A stretch of DNA of 64,000 nucleotides from a virus: positions 13,161 to 77,160 of IMG/VR virus record IMGVR_UViG_3300025896_001356; one strand, 5' to 3'. The notes beneath the pieces were generated by a model. The model made no database searches. It had not been told where the DNA came from and was given only the letters and a program-made list of their open reading frames with translations. Made by a program: the position numbers and the translations under genes. Shown here one piece after another: positions 9,827-20,206 of the stretch. Positions within the stretch are counted from its first letter, which is position 1. Every line of letters starts with the position of its first letter.

Positions 9827-11039
9827 AGTACAGTCGCTAAGTTGCAGTTTTTGCAACAAGCATAGAGACACTGTCCAGGCGCTTATCGCTGGAGAGAGTG
9901 CATACATTTGCAATGAGTGTATTCATTTATGTCTCGAAGCGTTATCTGAAACTCCTGCGCCAACATCGTTTGGGGAAAGCTCTACTCCATCACAAATTAA
10001 AGCGTACCTTGATAGATTTATCATTGGGCAAGATCTTGCCAAACGCAGTCTAAGCGTAGCAGTACGCAATCACTATAAACGTCTTGGCCAAGGCGAAACT
10101 GATCTTATTAAGAAGTCAAATGTATTGTTGATTGGACCAACTGGTTCAGGCAAAACATTGCTTGCAAAGAAACTTGCAGAAATGCTGAACGTACCGTTTG
10201 CAATGGCTGATGCAACTACACTAACCGAAGCTGGTTATGTAGGTGATGACGTTGAAAGTGTCATCCATCGACTGTTACAAAGTGCAGGCGGAGACATTAA
10301 AAAAGCTGAGCAAGGTATTGTGTACATTGACGAGATAGACAAGAAAGGTCGTAAGAGCGAAAGCTCAAGCATTACCCGTGACGTATCAGGTGAAGGTGTG
10401 CAGCAAGCATTGCTAAAGCTGATTGAAGGTACTGAATGTCGTGTTCCCCAAGGTGGCGGCCGTAAGCATCCAGGCACTGAAACTAATGTAGTAAACACAA
10501 AGAATATTTTGTTTATATTAGGTGGTGCGTTTGTAGGCCTTGACGAGCAAGTTAAAAAGCGTATGAGTGGCGGAGTACGTATTGGATTCGGTGCTGAAAT
10601 TGGCCTAGCTGACGTTAAGACTGATCATTGGCTTGCAGAAGTCGAGCCAGAAGACTTTGTTAAGTTTGGTATGATTCCCGAGTTCATGGGACGTATCCCT
10701 GTCATTGCTGCACTTGATACATTAACCCCTGCTGACCTTGTCCGCATCATGTGCGAGCCAGATGACAGCATTGAAAAAGAATATAAAGCAATCTTTGCAC
10801 TAGATAAAGTAGAGATTGAATTTACAGCAGATGCATGTATCAGCATCGCTAACCTAAGCATAACTAAAAAGACTGGCGCACGTGGTATTCGCAACATAAT
10901 TGAGCAAATTCTATTAGATATCCAGTTTAATCTGCCTGAATTAGCAGCAGAAGGGTTAAGTAAAGTTATAATTACAGAACAGACTGTGGTGGACCACAAT
11001 CCTGTTTTAATTTATAAAACAATAAAGAACGTTGCATAA
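9816..11039 (+). CDS. clpX: ATP-dependent Clp protease ATP-binding subunit ClpX
   Basis: N-terminal CSFC...CNEC zinc domain, [31 protein letters not shown] loop, IGF loop. Confidence 0.95.
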   Translation: MVDKVQSLSCSFCNKHRDTVQALIAGESAYICNECIHLCLEALSETPAPTSFGESSTPSQIKAYLDRFIIGQDLAKRSLSVAVRNHYKRLGQGETDLIKKSNVLLIGPTGSGKTLLAKKLAEMLNVPFAMADATTLTEAGYVGDDVESVIHRLLQSAGGDIKKAEQGIVYIDEIDKKGRKSESSSITRDVSGEGVQQALLKLIEGTECRVPQGGGRKHPGTETNVVNTKNILFILGGAFVGLDEQVKKRMSGGVRIGFGAEIGLADVKTDHWLAEVEPEDFVKFGMIPEFMGRIPVIAALDTLTPADLVRIMCEPDDSIEKEYKAIFALDKVEIEFTADACISIANLSITKKTGARGIRNIIEQILLDIQFNLPELAAEGLSKVIITEQTVVDHNPVLIYKTIKNVA

Positions 11040-11040
11040 T

Positions 11041-11310
11041 ATGAGCATGGATAAGAGACGCCCAATAAAGGGTACTACAGTAATCGTCAGAGATGATCAA
11101 GTTGAAAAGGCATTGCGTAAGTTTAAAAAGAAGATTCAAGATAGCGGCAAGCTAGAAGAAATTAAAGAACGTGAGTCTTATGAAAAGCCAACTACATCAA
11201 GACGCCTTGCTAAAAACAAAGCAGTTCGTCGTCAACAAAAACAAGTTGAGACTGATGAACGCGATGGCAAACGCGCACCTCGCGATGGTAAATTAAAGCG
11301 GATGTATTGA
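11041..11310 (+). CDS. rpsU: Ribosomal protein bS21
   Basis: VIVRDDQVEKALRKFKKK...ERESYEKPT. Confidence 0.9.
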   Translation: MSMDKRRPIKGTTVIVRDDQVEKALRKFKKKIQDSGKLEEIKERESYEKPTTSRRLAKNKAVRRQQKQVETDERDGKRAPRDGKLKRMY

Positions 11311-11312
11311 AC

Positions 11313-11341
11313 TTGACAATTTGTTAGAACATAACTATAAT
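11313..11341 (+). promoter_or_regulatory. sigma70 consensus promoter for hsp20
   Basis: TTGACA-17-TATAAT. Confidence 0.85.
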
Positions 11342-11346
11342 AGTAC

Positions 11347-11431
11347 ATGTTAGTGCCAACAGGACTAACAACGTATATGCAAGGCTTGCGATGAGCTTGC
11401 TATTAAACTCGCTTATTAAGGAGACTTTATG
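11347..11431 (+). promoter_or_regulatory. ROSE-like RNA thermometer in the hsp20 5'UTR
   Basis: Two upstream hairpins, then CTCGCT-TATT-AAGGAG, where the U(U/C)GCU motif faces the SD. Confidence 0.65.
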
Positions 11432-11875
11432 ACTAATATGACAATGGGCCACGCAGCCTTTCACCCCTACCATAAGATTGGTGTTGGCTTTGATCGAATG
11501 TTCCATGAACTAGATCGACTAATGCAAGTTGGCACCAACACCGCCAATGGTGGGTATCCCCCTTTTAATCTTGAAAAAACTGGTGATGCACAGTATCGTA
11601 TTACCATGGCAGTTGCTGGCTTTACTGACGATGAGATTGAGCTTTTACAAAAAGAAAACATTCTGACTGTGATAGGAGCCAAGATTACAACTGTTGACGA
11701 ATCTACTTTCTTACACCGCGGTATTGCCAATCGTAGCTTTAAGCGTGAGTTCGTACTTGCTGATCAAATTGAAGTTATCACAGCAGTGCTCAAGGACGGT
11801 ATGCTGGTGATTGAACTAAAACAACTTGTTGTTGAAGAACATAAGCCAAAGAAAATCCCATTGGCAAAGGGTTAA
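11429..11875 (+). CDS. Small heat-shock protein Hsp20 (IbpA-like)
   Basis: GFDRMF, YPPFNL, MAVAGF, LHRGIANRSF, DGMLVI, KPKKIP. Confidence 0.95.
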   Translation: MTNMTMGHAAFHPYHKIGVGFDRMFHELDRLMQVGTNTANGGYPPFNLEKTGDAQYRITMAVAGFTDDEIELLQKENILTVIGAKITTVDESTFLHRGIANRSFKREFVLADQIEVITAVLKDGMLVIELKQLVVEEHKPKKIPLAKG

Positions 11876-11935
11876 CTTAACAAGCCAGGATAACCTGTCC
11901 TGGCTAAATATCTTACATAACACGGATAGATTAAC

Positions 11936-12241
11936 ATGTCAGAAACTGCAATTCAAACAATCAACAAAACAGACCTTAATGTCAAAGAACCTGAACGATA
12001 CAAAGTTGTTATTTTAAATGACAACTCAACCCCAATGGAATTTGTAATCGAATTGCTCAAACTTATTTTCCACCTGAATCAGGAAGCAGCAGTTGCAGTT
12101 ATGCTTCAAGTTCACCAACTTGGCAAGGGTACCGCAGGAATTTATACATATGAAGTTGCTGAACAAAAAGCAATGGAGTCCACGCAAATTGCACGTACAA
12201 ATGGACACCCCTTAGGAGTGTCTGTTGAACTTGCCGGATGA
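11936..12241 (+). CDS. clpS: ClpS N-degron adaptor
   Basis: YKVVILNDNSTPMEFV, MLQVH..GKG, EVAEQK, HPL. Confidence 0.93.
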   Translation: MSETAIQTINKTDLNVKEPERYKVVILNDNSTPMEFVIELLKLIFHLNQEAAVAVMLQVHQLGKGTAGIYTYEVAEQKAMESTQIARTNGHPLGVSVELAG

Positions 12242-12848
12242 TCCAGAGTTAGAAAACTTATTAATCATCGATATCGATGATGTATGTTTAGATACACTTA
12301 CTGGATTTGTTAAGTGGTTGTCTAAGCATAATAGATTACATAACATAGCAGGCAATGCCATAACTTCCCGCGAAGTTCTTGGCACTTGGTTAAACGTCCC
12401 CGACGAACTTGCAAATCATTGGATGAAAGATTTCAGTGAACGTTCATGGGAATGGGGTGCATTATATCCCATGATGGATTCTAGACCTGTAATTAATGAG
12501 TTATATAAAGAAGGTTGGAATCTAATTGCAGTATGCCGTGGCTCTACTGATTTGAGTCGTGCTACATTACGCAGAGCAAATTTGGAACTAGTATTCCCTG
12601 GACTGTTTGATGATGTGTATGTGTTAGGTTTACATGCAAACCTGCACTCAATGTTAAAAAATTACCAAAATGCAATATGTGTCACATCAACTGAATTAGT
12701 TGCAGCGGCCAGCGCACAAGCCGGTCATATCACATATCTATTAGATCAACCTTGGAATAGAACATTTAATAATATGTCAGCTCGACGATTTAATGATTGG
12801 GCAGGAATTAAAGAAGCACTGGATAAAATACGTCAAGATTTCACATAA
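12225..12848 (+). CDS. HAD-like 5'(3')-deoxyribonucleotidase-like protein
   Basis: DIDDV motif I, QPWN near the C-terminus. Confidence 0.65.
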   Translation: MNLPDDPELENLLIIDIDDVCLDTLTGFVKWLSKHNRLHNIAGNAITSREVLGTWLNVPDELANHWMKDFSERSWEWGALYPMMDSRPVINELYKEGWNLIAVCRGSTDLSRATLRRANLELVFPGLFDDVYVLGLHANLHSMLKNYQNAICVTSTELVAAASAQAGHITYLLDQPWNRTFNNMSARRFNDWAGIKEALDKIRQDFT

Positions 12849-12855
12849 GTATTTG

Positions 12856-13839
12856 ATGCAAAAACTAAATCAAAAACGTGTTTTATGGGCCGAGGTAGAT
12901 AAAGAAACACTTCGGTTGACTGGAAAAACACAATCGCTTCACATAGCACAGCCAATCTTAACAAGTGATTGGGTACAGTTAAACCAATCAAACGCTGTTA
13001 TGCTAATGAACGGTACAAAGCCGTGGCAACACTTTGCCTGTGTTAACGGTCATGTGGTTGAAGTGGGTCCGGATATTGACCTTAACTTCTTAACACACAT
13101 TAGCCCAACTGCTTGGCCTGAAATCACAACAATTGATCATACATGGACTAACATCCCTTGGGTACCACTAGACATTCCGCGCATTGAACCTGATGACTGG
13201 GATTTATTTTGGAAGCTCTGGAATGAAAAGAATGCTAACATTACCAGGGCAGATACTACAGAAACGCAATACTGGAAGGGCTTATGCTGCTGGTTAAATC
13301 CTGTCATTGACTCGTCTAAGTTTAACTATAGCAATACAGTGGTTGAAGATTGGAGTATGCATTTTCCCAAGATGTTTGAACAAATACGTGCATGTTTGCC
13401 GTTTATGTTTGTAGAGAAGATTGTGCTATGGTCAAACATTAATCAAGTAAATCCGCACTTTGATCCAGATGTTGTTATCTACCCGTTTCCAGATAGCCTA
13501 CGTATTATGCTATGGGATACAAATGACAAGCCAACGTTCTATATGAACAAATGGCCAAAGCGTACAGAGGATTTTAATCCTGCTCCGGTGACTGTGCGCA
13601 CCAATGGAACTGGTTATGGTATTAAACCAGAACGTGTACCACACGAAGATAGAATGTATGTAGACTTGCCACAAGATACAAATACGTTTGTATTCAATAA
13701 TGGTGCATTCTTACATGGTGCTGATCTTGCCAAGCCAAAGATTATTATGGCTGTTAAAGGTCGCCCGAACATTTATAAATGGCTCAAAGCATTAGAAGCC
13801 AGTTACAACAAATACAAGGATATCATTCCAAAATGCTAA
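12856..13839 (+). CDS. Putative 2OG-Fe(II) oxygenase-fold protein
   Basis: PHFD...FLHGAD. Start taken at ATG 12856, just after TAAGTA. Confidence 0.6.
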   Translation: MQKLNQKRVLWAEVDKETLRLTGKTQSLHIAQPILTSDWVQLNQSNAVMLMNGTKPWQHFACVNGHVVEVGPDIDLNFLTHISPTAWPEITTIDHTWTNIPWVPLDIPRIEPDDWDLFWKLWNEKNANITRADTTETQYWKGLCCWLNPVIDSSKFNYSNTVVEDWSMHFPKMFEQIRACLPFMFVEKIVLWSNINQVNPHFDPDVVIYPFPDSLRIMLWDTNDKPTFYMNKWPKRTEDFNPAPVTVRTNGTGYGIKPERVPHEDRMYVDLPQDTNTFVFNNGAFLHGADLAKPKIIMAVKGRPNIYKWLKALEASYNKYKDIIPKC

Positions 13840-14738
13840 CATTTAACAGACATACTTTACCAGGTGACTCACCTGTGTCCGGCGCCTTGCAGCAACGTGC
13901 TCCTTTTAAGGACAGCCGTGTTAGTGCAGTTAACACTGCGCCCTTATTGAAATTAGAAATGCGAGAGGTTGATTTATCACGCTTGTTACATGATACTCAG
14001 CAATCAATGGAAATACACGGCCAATGGAATTATAGACTTGGAAAAGATAACAATGAGCAAGCCAGGGTAGATTTAGGTTATGGTGGATTGGGGTTGACAT
14101 ATAATCCTACCCACCACGAACTGATTGACTCCGACATCCATCAACAAGTTCAAGGCAATGCAAATCCGGCAAAGGGTCTTGCAAATCCATTTAGTGTGCT
14201 AAGTGGAGATACTAGACGCACCTATGCAACACGCAATTCTCATTATGATACGTATGGCCTAAGCTACCGTACTCCAGCAAGTAAACATGGATACCTTGGA
14301 GAATTCTTAGACACATGTAAACGAACCATGGTTCGTTCTGCTGTTAGAATTATATACGCAGACCAAGAAGGACCAGTTGGTGAAGGGAAGTATGCGGGGG
14401 TAACTTGGCACAGAGATGAAAGTATGTTTGAAAACTTACGTGTCAATATTCCGTTGATAACAGACCCAATTTTTCTATTAGAACAAGAGGGTTACCCACC
14501 AGAACACTTGCCAGTGGGTTATGCATATAGCTGGGACACTCATGTGTTGCATCGTGCGTATGCAACAGAAAAGGCCAACAAGCATAGAATACATTTAATG
14601 CTTGGGTTCAGCTGCTGGTGGGACTTTGACGAAGTCACAGGCAATTGGAGCCAGAATGAGTTCTTTGGTAAAAAGCATCCAAAAGATATGTTAGTAGACG
14701 GCGATGTTATTCCTGGACTAAAACTTCAATTAACATAG
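13833..14738 (+). CDS. 2OG-Fe(II) oxygenase-fold protein
   Basis: WHRD, LRVNIPL, HRAY...RIHLM. Confidence 0.7.
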   Translation: MLTFNRHTLPGDSPVSGALQQRAPFKDSRVSAVNTAPLLKLEMREVDLSRLLHDTQQSMEIHGQWNYRLGKDNNEQARVDLGYGGLGLTYNPTHHELIDSDIHQQVQGNANPAKGLANPFSVLSGDTRRTYATRNSHYDTYGLSYRTPASKHGYLGEFLDTCKRTMVRSAVRIIYADQEGPVGEGKYAGVTWHRDESMFENLRVNIPLITDPIFLLEQEGYPPEHLPVGYAYSWDTHVLHRAYATEKANKHRIHLMLGFSCWWDFDEVTGNWSQNEFFGKKHPKDMLVDGDVIPGLKLQLT

Positions 14739-14828
14739 CACAGAATGCGTAGCAGGTAGGTAGTTTAAGTTTTACAACTACTTACTAAGTATTAATACTC
14801 GTTAACGGGTTACACAGAGGTTTCCAAA

Positions 14829-15245
14829 GTGTCAAAAATACAACTGCACCGCCTAGTTGAAACAGCAGCCCAGCAAAGCCGGAATACACCGCTGGTTGTT
14901 ACCAAAGAAATGGTAGAAACTATATACACTGCGGTAAACAACGCAGTGTTCAATGGCATTCTTGTAAGACCAAAACTCATAGTACGTGATTACAGCCATC
15001 GACATATCTGGGGAGAGTGCGAAGGTTGGCAACGTGGCAGTCGGTGGGGCGAACATTATACTGTTGTTATTCGTATACAAAAATATTTCCCAAATCTAAA
15101 AAAATTAATTGCAGTTGTTGCACATGAAATGGTGCACCAATGGGAATGGGACAAATGCGGAGTAATGACGCACGGTAAGCAAACATTCTTTGTATGGGAA
15201 GATAGGCTTCGCAGTAAAGGGATTCGACTCGCAGCAGTGGGGTAA
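14829..15245 (+). CDS. SprT-like zinc metalloprotease
   Basis: AHEMVHQW...HG..F. Confidence 0.8.
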   Translation: MSKIQLHRLVETAAQQSRNTPLVVTKEMVETIYTAVNNAVFNGILVRPKLIVRDYSHRHIWGECEGWQRGSRWGEHYTVVIRIQKYFPNLKKLIAVVAHEMVHQWEWDKCGVMTHGKQTFFVWEDRLRSKGIRLAAVG

Positions 15246-15262
15246 TGTAGATAACTATCTAC

Positions 15263-16009
15263 ATGAGCACATTCAATCAACATAATCCCAATGCAGTTGT
15301 AGGCGCTGGTGTCAGTGGCAGTCGCCAAGGGTTAGGCGGTATGACCCCAATGTTATTAGCAGCAGAAATGGCACTTAGTCAAATTGGAAACTTTGAACCA
15401 CTTGATTATAAACTAGATACCCATGGTATCGAGAATGTTATTGCTGAAAAATATAGCAACGATTGGGTGGACTATTTGCCGCGAACCGATCGCCCTAATA
15501 ATCGTAAGTCAATGACACTTACAACAATTCCAGGTTGGGATCATCGTAAGGCACCAAGTATTCCTGAAGCAGCAAATGCACTAGGATACACACCTAAAGA
15601 AACAGAATTCTGTGTGCCAACTACATTATACACTGATTGCAATCGCACCAGTCCTGGATTAACTAGTCTTAAAGATTTTCTAGATGAATGGCAACCACTT
15701 GGACGTTCATTCATCATTAATAGTGGCATTGGTGGATATTTTGTCCCTCATAGAGATCACCCAGGAATGCCGCGCCCGTGCTTTAGACTTGTGGCATTCT
15801 TAAAGAACTGTGGCCCGTACGAGTATGATTGGCTAATGGATAATCACAATAAAGCAAATATAGAAATAGGACGAGTATATTACGTTAATACACGTTTGAC
15901 TCATCGCACAATTAGCTGGACACCTGACAGTTGGCACTTAGTTTTGAATGTGCCGTTTACAACAGAGAATGTAGACAAGGTATTAAAGCACTTACAACAT
16001 AGGCATTAA
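15263..16009 (+). CDS. 2OG-Fe(II) oxygenase-fold protein
   Basis: GGYFVPHRD, YYVNTRLTHRT, HLVLNV. Confidence 0.7.
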   Translation: MSTFNQHNPNAVVGAGVSGSRQGLGGMTPMLLAAEMALSQIGNFEPLDYKLDTHGIENVIAEKYSNDWVDYLPRTDRPNNRKSMTLTTIPGWDHRKAPSIPEAANALGYTPKETEFCVPTTLYTDCNRTSPGLTSLKDFLDEWQPLGRSFIINSGIGGYFVPHRDHPGMPRPCFRLVAFLKNCGPYEYDWLMDNHNKANIEIGRVYYVNTRLTHRTISWTPDSWHLVLNVPFTTENVDKVLKHLQHRH

Positions 16010-16648
16010 ATGATAGCATACACAGGTCCCGAGAACGATAAGCGTAAGATTGAAATTAAGTTCCCAGACGGAAAGAAACGTATCGGAGTGATGCTAAGTG
16101 GTGGTGCAGATTCTGCTATCTTACTTTATTTGCTGGCGTTGGAACGTAAGATGGAATGCAGTGATCAAGAACTAATTCTGTTTACTGTGGCGCGGGCTGA
16201 TGGCGCCTGGAATTACGTCAAACCAATTGTAGATAAAATCAATACTATGCTAGGCATTATCCTGCCAGATCCAATACAAGTTGGCGATCCAACGCTACAC
16301 CATAGCAAGCAAGGTCGCAGTGGAGAGATTGAGGCGCGAGCACAGCATGGCATCGAACATTTTTTCTATGGTAGTCAGCAGCACCCACCAAAGGAGATGA
16401 TTGAGTTGCCTGGCATCTATCCTAATCGACCCGACTCTGTTGAATTACCCGGCACTACTATTCCATTTGCATTAGTCGATAAGCGGCATACACTTGGGTT
16501 ATATGAAGTCTTTCAAGTATGGTCTTTGATCGAGCTTACTCATTCATGTACAGCACAAACCGTAGGCCGTTGTATGGAATGTTATAACTGTAAGGAACGT
16601 GAATGGGCGTTAGACGAATTAGGTATCAGTGACCCCGGGGCGATGTAA
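16010..16648 (+). CDS. QueC-like PP-loop ATP pyrophosphatase
   Basis: LSGGADSAIL PP-loop and THSC-x6-CMECYNCKER zinc site. Confidence 0.7.
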   Translation: MIAYTGPENDKRKIEIKFPDGKKRIGVMLSGGADSAILLYLLALERKMECSDQELILFTVARADGAWNYVKPIVDKINTMLGIILPDPIQVGDPTLHHSKQGRSGEIEARAQHGIEHFFYGSQQHPPKEMIELPGIYPNRPDSVELPGTTIPFALVDKRHTLGLYEVFQVWSLIELTHSCTAQTVGRCMECYNCKEREWALDELGISDPGAM

Positions 16649-17297
16649 AAATACTGAGACCAAGTTTACGCTTGACGCCATTGCGCGGAAACGCAGAACT
16701 AACATGCAGCCGGTCTCGAGGGAATGTCATTGGAACGCCCGGAGTCCATTGCCAATGTTTATCTACTGTTAGACCGGCAAAATTACTACTATTTAAATGC
16801 GGACAGTAGTCAAGTAATAATCCATCTATGGTACCATCTTCTAACATACCAACATCCTTGTAGTCTGTTATAACTTGATTATACTCATTGGGTTCAACTG
16901 TTTCACCGTGTAAGAAGAACGCTGCATCGCCTGCCCAGGTTTGGTTAAGCACTAAAAATCTATTACGTTCCAATCGCACTGGAATATCTGTACGCAAGTC
17001 ATATCGCAACGGAAACACAAATGTTTGCAGTACACGATCTGGTCCGTCTTTACCAGTATCAGCATGTACTCGATAACCAGTTTCAGTCTCAAAAAAGTTG
17101 CCGCCGGTTACTTCCCATGTGCCTATACCCAATACACTATCTATAATAGGCTTTACAATTTCCAACGCTGGACCAAGATCCAATGCAAACTTACGCTGAG
17201 GTAATATTTGCAATTGTTTATTATTTTCAAAGCATAATATTAGTGCATCCAGCTGTTCAGCAGTGAGTGCAGGCAATAATTGTGGTAATATGTTCAT
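16626..17297 (-). CDS. 2OG-Fe(II) oxygenase-fold protein
   Basis: YRVHAD...RLHVS...KLGLSIF. Confidence 0.6.
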   Translation of the reverse strand: MNILPQLLPALTAEQLDALILCFENNKQLQILPQRKFALDLGPALEIVKPIIDSVLGIGTWEVTGGNFFETETGYRVHADTGKDGPDRVLQTFVFPLRYDLRTDIPVRLERNRFLVLNQTWAGDAAFFLHGETVEPNEYNQVITDYKDVGMLEDGTIDGLLLDYCPHLNSSNFAGLTVDKHWQWTPGVPMTFPRDRLHVSSAFPRNGVKRKLGLSIFTSPRGH

Positions 17298-17317
17298 TGT
17301 AATTACTTATGCGTATA

Positions 17318-17385
17318 ATGTTGCTAAAATACAACACAAAATAGTCTGAAAAACGGTTGACAGCAGGGCCAAAGTACGCTATAAT
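17318..17385 (+). promoter_or_regulatory. Early promoter cassette copy 1 (TGTTG-N8-CAACA plus sigma70 promoter)
   Basis: Inverted repeat 17319-17336, TTGACA 17357, TATAAT 17380. 50 bp identical to 25608-25657. Confidence 0.85.
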
Positions 17386-17501
17386 TAACACATAGACAGC
17401 AAGGAGCACATGATGATACCAGAAGCAATCCCCGTAATTTTTGTTCTTGTAGTAGCACCCTTGCTCTGCGTTTTGGCAATCGTCATTGGAGGCAAACAGA
17501 A

Positions 17502-17687
17502 ATGAAAGTCAGCAAGAAAGAGATCGTAAAGTTCCAGAAGAAGGAGCAGGCTCGCATCGCAGGGCAAGAAGTCAATCGTGTGCAGGATCGCAAGACTGGC
17601 GAGTACTACAATCCACAAGAAGCTTTTGATGCAATGATGAACAAGCCTGAAATCCTGGCAGTGTTCAAGCGTTTGGCCGTTCGTTGA
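17502..17687 (+). CDS. Hypothetical early protein
   Basis: GGAGG upstream; operon packing. Confidence 0.6.
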   Translation: MKVSKKEIVKFQKKEQARIAGQEVNRVQDRKTGEYYNPQEAFDAMMNKPEILAVFKRLAVR

Positions 17688-17688
17688 T

Positions 17689-17841
17689 ATGAAAGAACAA
17701 CTGTTAGCCCTGGCCTATGAACAGCAGGATGAAGTGTATGCTTGCAGCGAACATGAGGACTTTGCAGCTCTCATCTATTTGATTGAGGATGGCACCATCG
17801 ACACCTTTGAAGAACTTGCCAAGTACGGAGTTGAAAAATGA
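17689..17841 (+). CDS. Hypothetical acidic 50-aa protein (not in ORF track)
   Basis: MKEQLLALAYEQ...AKYGVEK fills the gap between its neighbours. Confidence 0.55.
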   Translation: MKEQLLALAYEQQDEVYACSEHEDFAALIYLIEDGTIDTFEELAKYGVEK

Positions 17842-18089
17842 AAATCATTAAGTGCTGGGATATTCAAACTTGGGATGGTGGTGATCGCCACAACCACAAG
17901 TATTATGTAGCAACTAAAGAAGCTGCTCAGGCATGGCTAGCAAATAACAAGTACGATACTGTCTATGAACGAGAATTTGTTATCCTTGATAGTTTAGATG
18001 AATTGACAGAATACGAAAACGGTGAACTCCGCAAACGTGCCCTGGCTAAACTATCAGAAGCAGAAAAGAAAGTATTGGGATTAAAATGA
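17838..18089 (+). CDS. Hypothetical phage protein
   Basis: ATGA overlaps; ends ALAKLSEAEKKVLGL. Confidence 0.65.
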   Translation: MKIIKCWDIQTWDGGDRHNHKYYVATKEAAQAWLANNKYDTVYEREFVILDSLDELTEYENGELRKRALAKLSEAEKKVLGLK

Positions 18090-18337
18090 TCAAGTACACA
18101 GCACATCCAGAAGTTATCCGTAAGTACGACAGCATCCGTAAGAATGCCAAGCGTCCGTGGGATGATCACTTCCTGTTCGCTGTCAGCATCTGTGGCAGCA
18201 ATCGTGCCTACTTTGCCTGCGGCGACTTCTGGAAGCACTACCAGGGCCTAGAGTTCTTCAGTGCCGAGAAGCGTACAGAAGTCCCGGTCAACGGTGTGCT
18301 GATTCCAGTTGAGTATTTTACTGAAACAGTGCAATAG
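18086..18337 (+). CDS. Hypothetical protein
   Basis: ATGA overlap. Confidence 0.55.
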   Translation: MIKYTAHPEVIRKYDSIRKNAKRPWDDHFLFAVSICGSNRAYFACGDFWKHYQGLEFFSAEKRTEVPVNGVLIPVEYFTETVQ

Positions 18338-18363
18338 GTAAATGATTATAGTTTGGAAATAAT

Positions 18364-19116
18364 ATGAGTCAAATTACAGTTTGGAAATGTGATCAGACGG
18401 GTAAGCTGTTTGAGGATCAAACAAAATACACAAGCCACCTGCGTCGGCTTGCTCGTGAACGTGCTACCAAGCGCCGTCTCACAGTGATTGAAGCAGTTGC
18501 AAACCAAAAGTGGAACGAACTTTACGAGTGCGAACAGACTATTGAACAGTGGAAGCTGATGGTACTTGGTAATCAAGACATGTTCTGGGCCGAAGCTGCC
18601 AAGCATGATCCAAATGATTGGGAACGTGTTGGCAAGGGACGGGGCCGTAAAAAAGACAACGTTGTTTGCCCTGTTCCTCGACTACTAGAGTTTGAACGCT
18701 TTGATGTTCGTTGGAATCCTGAAGTCAGCAATAGTCATAGTTGCCCGCATAACGGTGTACAATGCTGGAGCAGCCAGGATTCCAAAGATGGCCGACCTCG
18801 AAGCTACCCAGGTTGGAGCGGTCGTATTGATTGGATTGTTGCTTGGCCTAAAGAATGGGATGGTGTGTACCTAGGCGGCGACTTGTTCCGCGGATTGCAC
18901 GGATTCCGATCTGGTCGTCAACGTGCCCACACTGGCACAGGCGGTGGAGGAGGTATGCGCTACAGCGAAAAGCACAAGTGCCATGTCCAGAGTTTTGGCT
19001 ACGACTTCCGTATGTACGCCGCAGACTGGCCAGGTATGGCTCGTGTAGAAGGTATGAAGCAGTTTGCTGAAGTGTTAAGTGGCAACCGTCAACAAGTTGA
19101 TTATGTTGCTGCATAA
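18364..19116 (+). CDS. Hypothetical phage protein
   Basis: Long ORF; SNSHSCP, GWSGRI, HTGTGGG motifs. Confidence 0.7.
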   Translation: MSQITVWKCDQTGKLFEDQTKYTSHLRRLARERATKRRLTVIEAVANQKWNELYECEQTIEQWKLMVLGNQDMFWAEAAKHDPNDWERVGKGRGRKKDNVVCPVPRLLEFERFDVRWNPEVSNSHSCPHNGVQCWSSQDSKDGRPRSYPGWSGRIDWIVAWPKEWDGVYLGGDLFRGLHGFRSGRQRAHTGTGGGGGMRYSEKHKCHVQSFGYDFRMYAADWPGMARVEGMKQFAEVLSGNRQQVDYVAA

Positions 19117-19129
19117 GAAAATGAGGTAA

Positions 19130-19417
19130 GTGATGAAAGTTACAAGTAAAGTAATCAAGCTGAATAACAGATACAAACTGTACAAAGAACATAGAATGGA
19201 ACATGCCATTAGGTTCAGCTGCTGGGATTCAAAGGTTGGGAAGGTAGAATCGTTTATGCGTGAACAATTTGGTCCCGAATATGTTCGTGGACACAATGCT
19301 CAAACACAGTGGCAAACACATTGGGGCACATCAAGCCGTAATCAACCCCGTCCGTACTTCATTGGCGTTCGCAGTGAAGATATGATCTTTGTGGCCCGGT
19401 TGGCAGGTGTGATCTAA
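19130..19417 (+). CDS. Hypothetical protein
   Basis: GAGG upstream. Confidence 0.6.
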   Translation: MMKVTSKVIKLNNRYKLYKEHRMEHAIRFSCWDSKVGKVESFMREQFGPEYVRGHNAQTQWQTHWGTSSRNQPRPYFIGVRSEDMIFVARLAGVI

Positions 19418-19486
19418 ATACAGATTGCCCTGCCAGCAATATTATGTTATACTACAGCATGAAAATTGTAATCGCAATGCAGTAGG

Positions 19487-20206
19487 TTGAAATATGCACA
19501 AGGAATTGAAATGACTCCCGAAGAACGTAAAGCTATTCTCAAAGACAAGAAGCTGCCTATTCGTATTGCATGGGCGTTGGTAGCATTTGCTGATCGTATT
19601 AATAAAGGAGCTTATGTTAAGTTTCCCGAATGCGATGCTGAAACTGGCAACGTTACGCTTCGACCCAATCGTGAACTTATTGCTGATCAGATCACGTTGG
19701 GTCTATGTAGTCTAACGGAAGTTGACTACAGCCAAGGCGATAAATTTGCAGAACACTTTCAAGGACTTGTATTTGATGCCCTGAGCGGAAAGTCAACTGA
19801 GTTTGATCAGAAGATTATCAATCTAATATCCGAAGCCAATGTTGACTACAAGGCAATGGCGTTCTTGGCATGTATGGGTGCAAGATACCATCGGGACACT
19901 ATTAAAGATTACAAGAACGAGATGCTGTTTAAACTCGGATCGTCAAGTCGGCATCAAGGAAACGTAGGAGATTCCCTGCGCTTAAATGTGACCATACTAT
20001 CAAAGTATGAAGGCAAAGCGTTTCCTGGTTCAGTTGTACGTGCAACAGATGGCACCAACTTGTATTTTTGGTCGTCAAGTAAAATGATTGACATGTGGCC
20101 AGACTCTCCTGAGCAGTTTCCTATTGTTGGGGTAGTCAAAGCACACGGCATTGATCGAGATAGTTACACAGAAACTCGACTAACTCGTGTCAAGATTGTA
20201 ATGTAA
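19487..20206 (+). CDS. Hypothetical protein with C-terminal OB-fold-like domain
   Basis: HQGNVGDSLRLNVTI...ETRLTRVK. True start may be 19511. Confidence 0.6.
   Translation: MKYAQGIEMTPEERKAILKDKKLPIRIAWALVAFADRINKGAYVKFPECDAETGNVTLRPNRELIADQITLGLCSLTEVDYSQGDKFAEHFQGLVFDALSGKSTEFDQKIINLISEANVDYKAMAFLACMGARYHRDTIKDYKNEMLFKLGSSSRHQGNVGDSLRLNVTILSKYEGKAFPGSVVRATDGTNLYFWSSSKMIDMWPDSPEQFPIVGVVKAHGIDRDSYTETRLTRVKIVM

Noticed and set aside
9816-12241. Bacterial chromosome origin suggested by clpX, rpsU and clpS
   Set aside because: Gene order is non-cellular and these genes are mixed with phage clamp loader, spanins, fibres and many small ORFans.
14755-14800. GTAGGTAGTT/AACTACTTAC hairpin as an ncRNA
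   Set aside because: It is a single stem abutting a TAAGTA motif, most simply a terminator/promoter junction.
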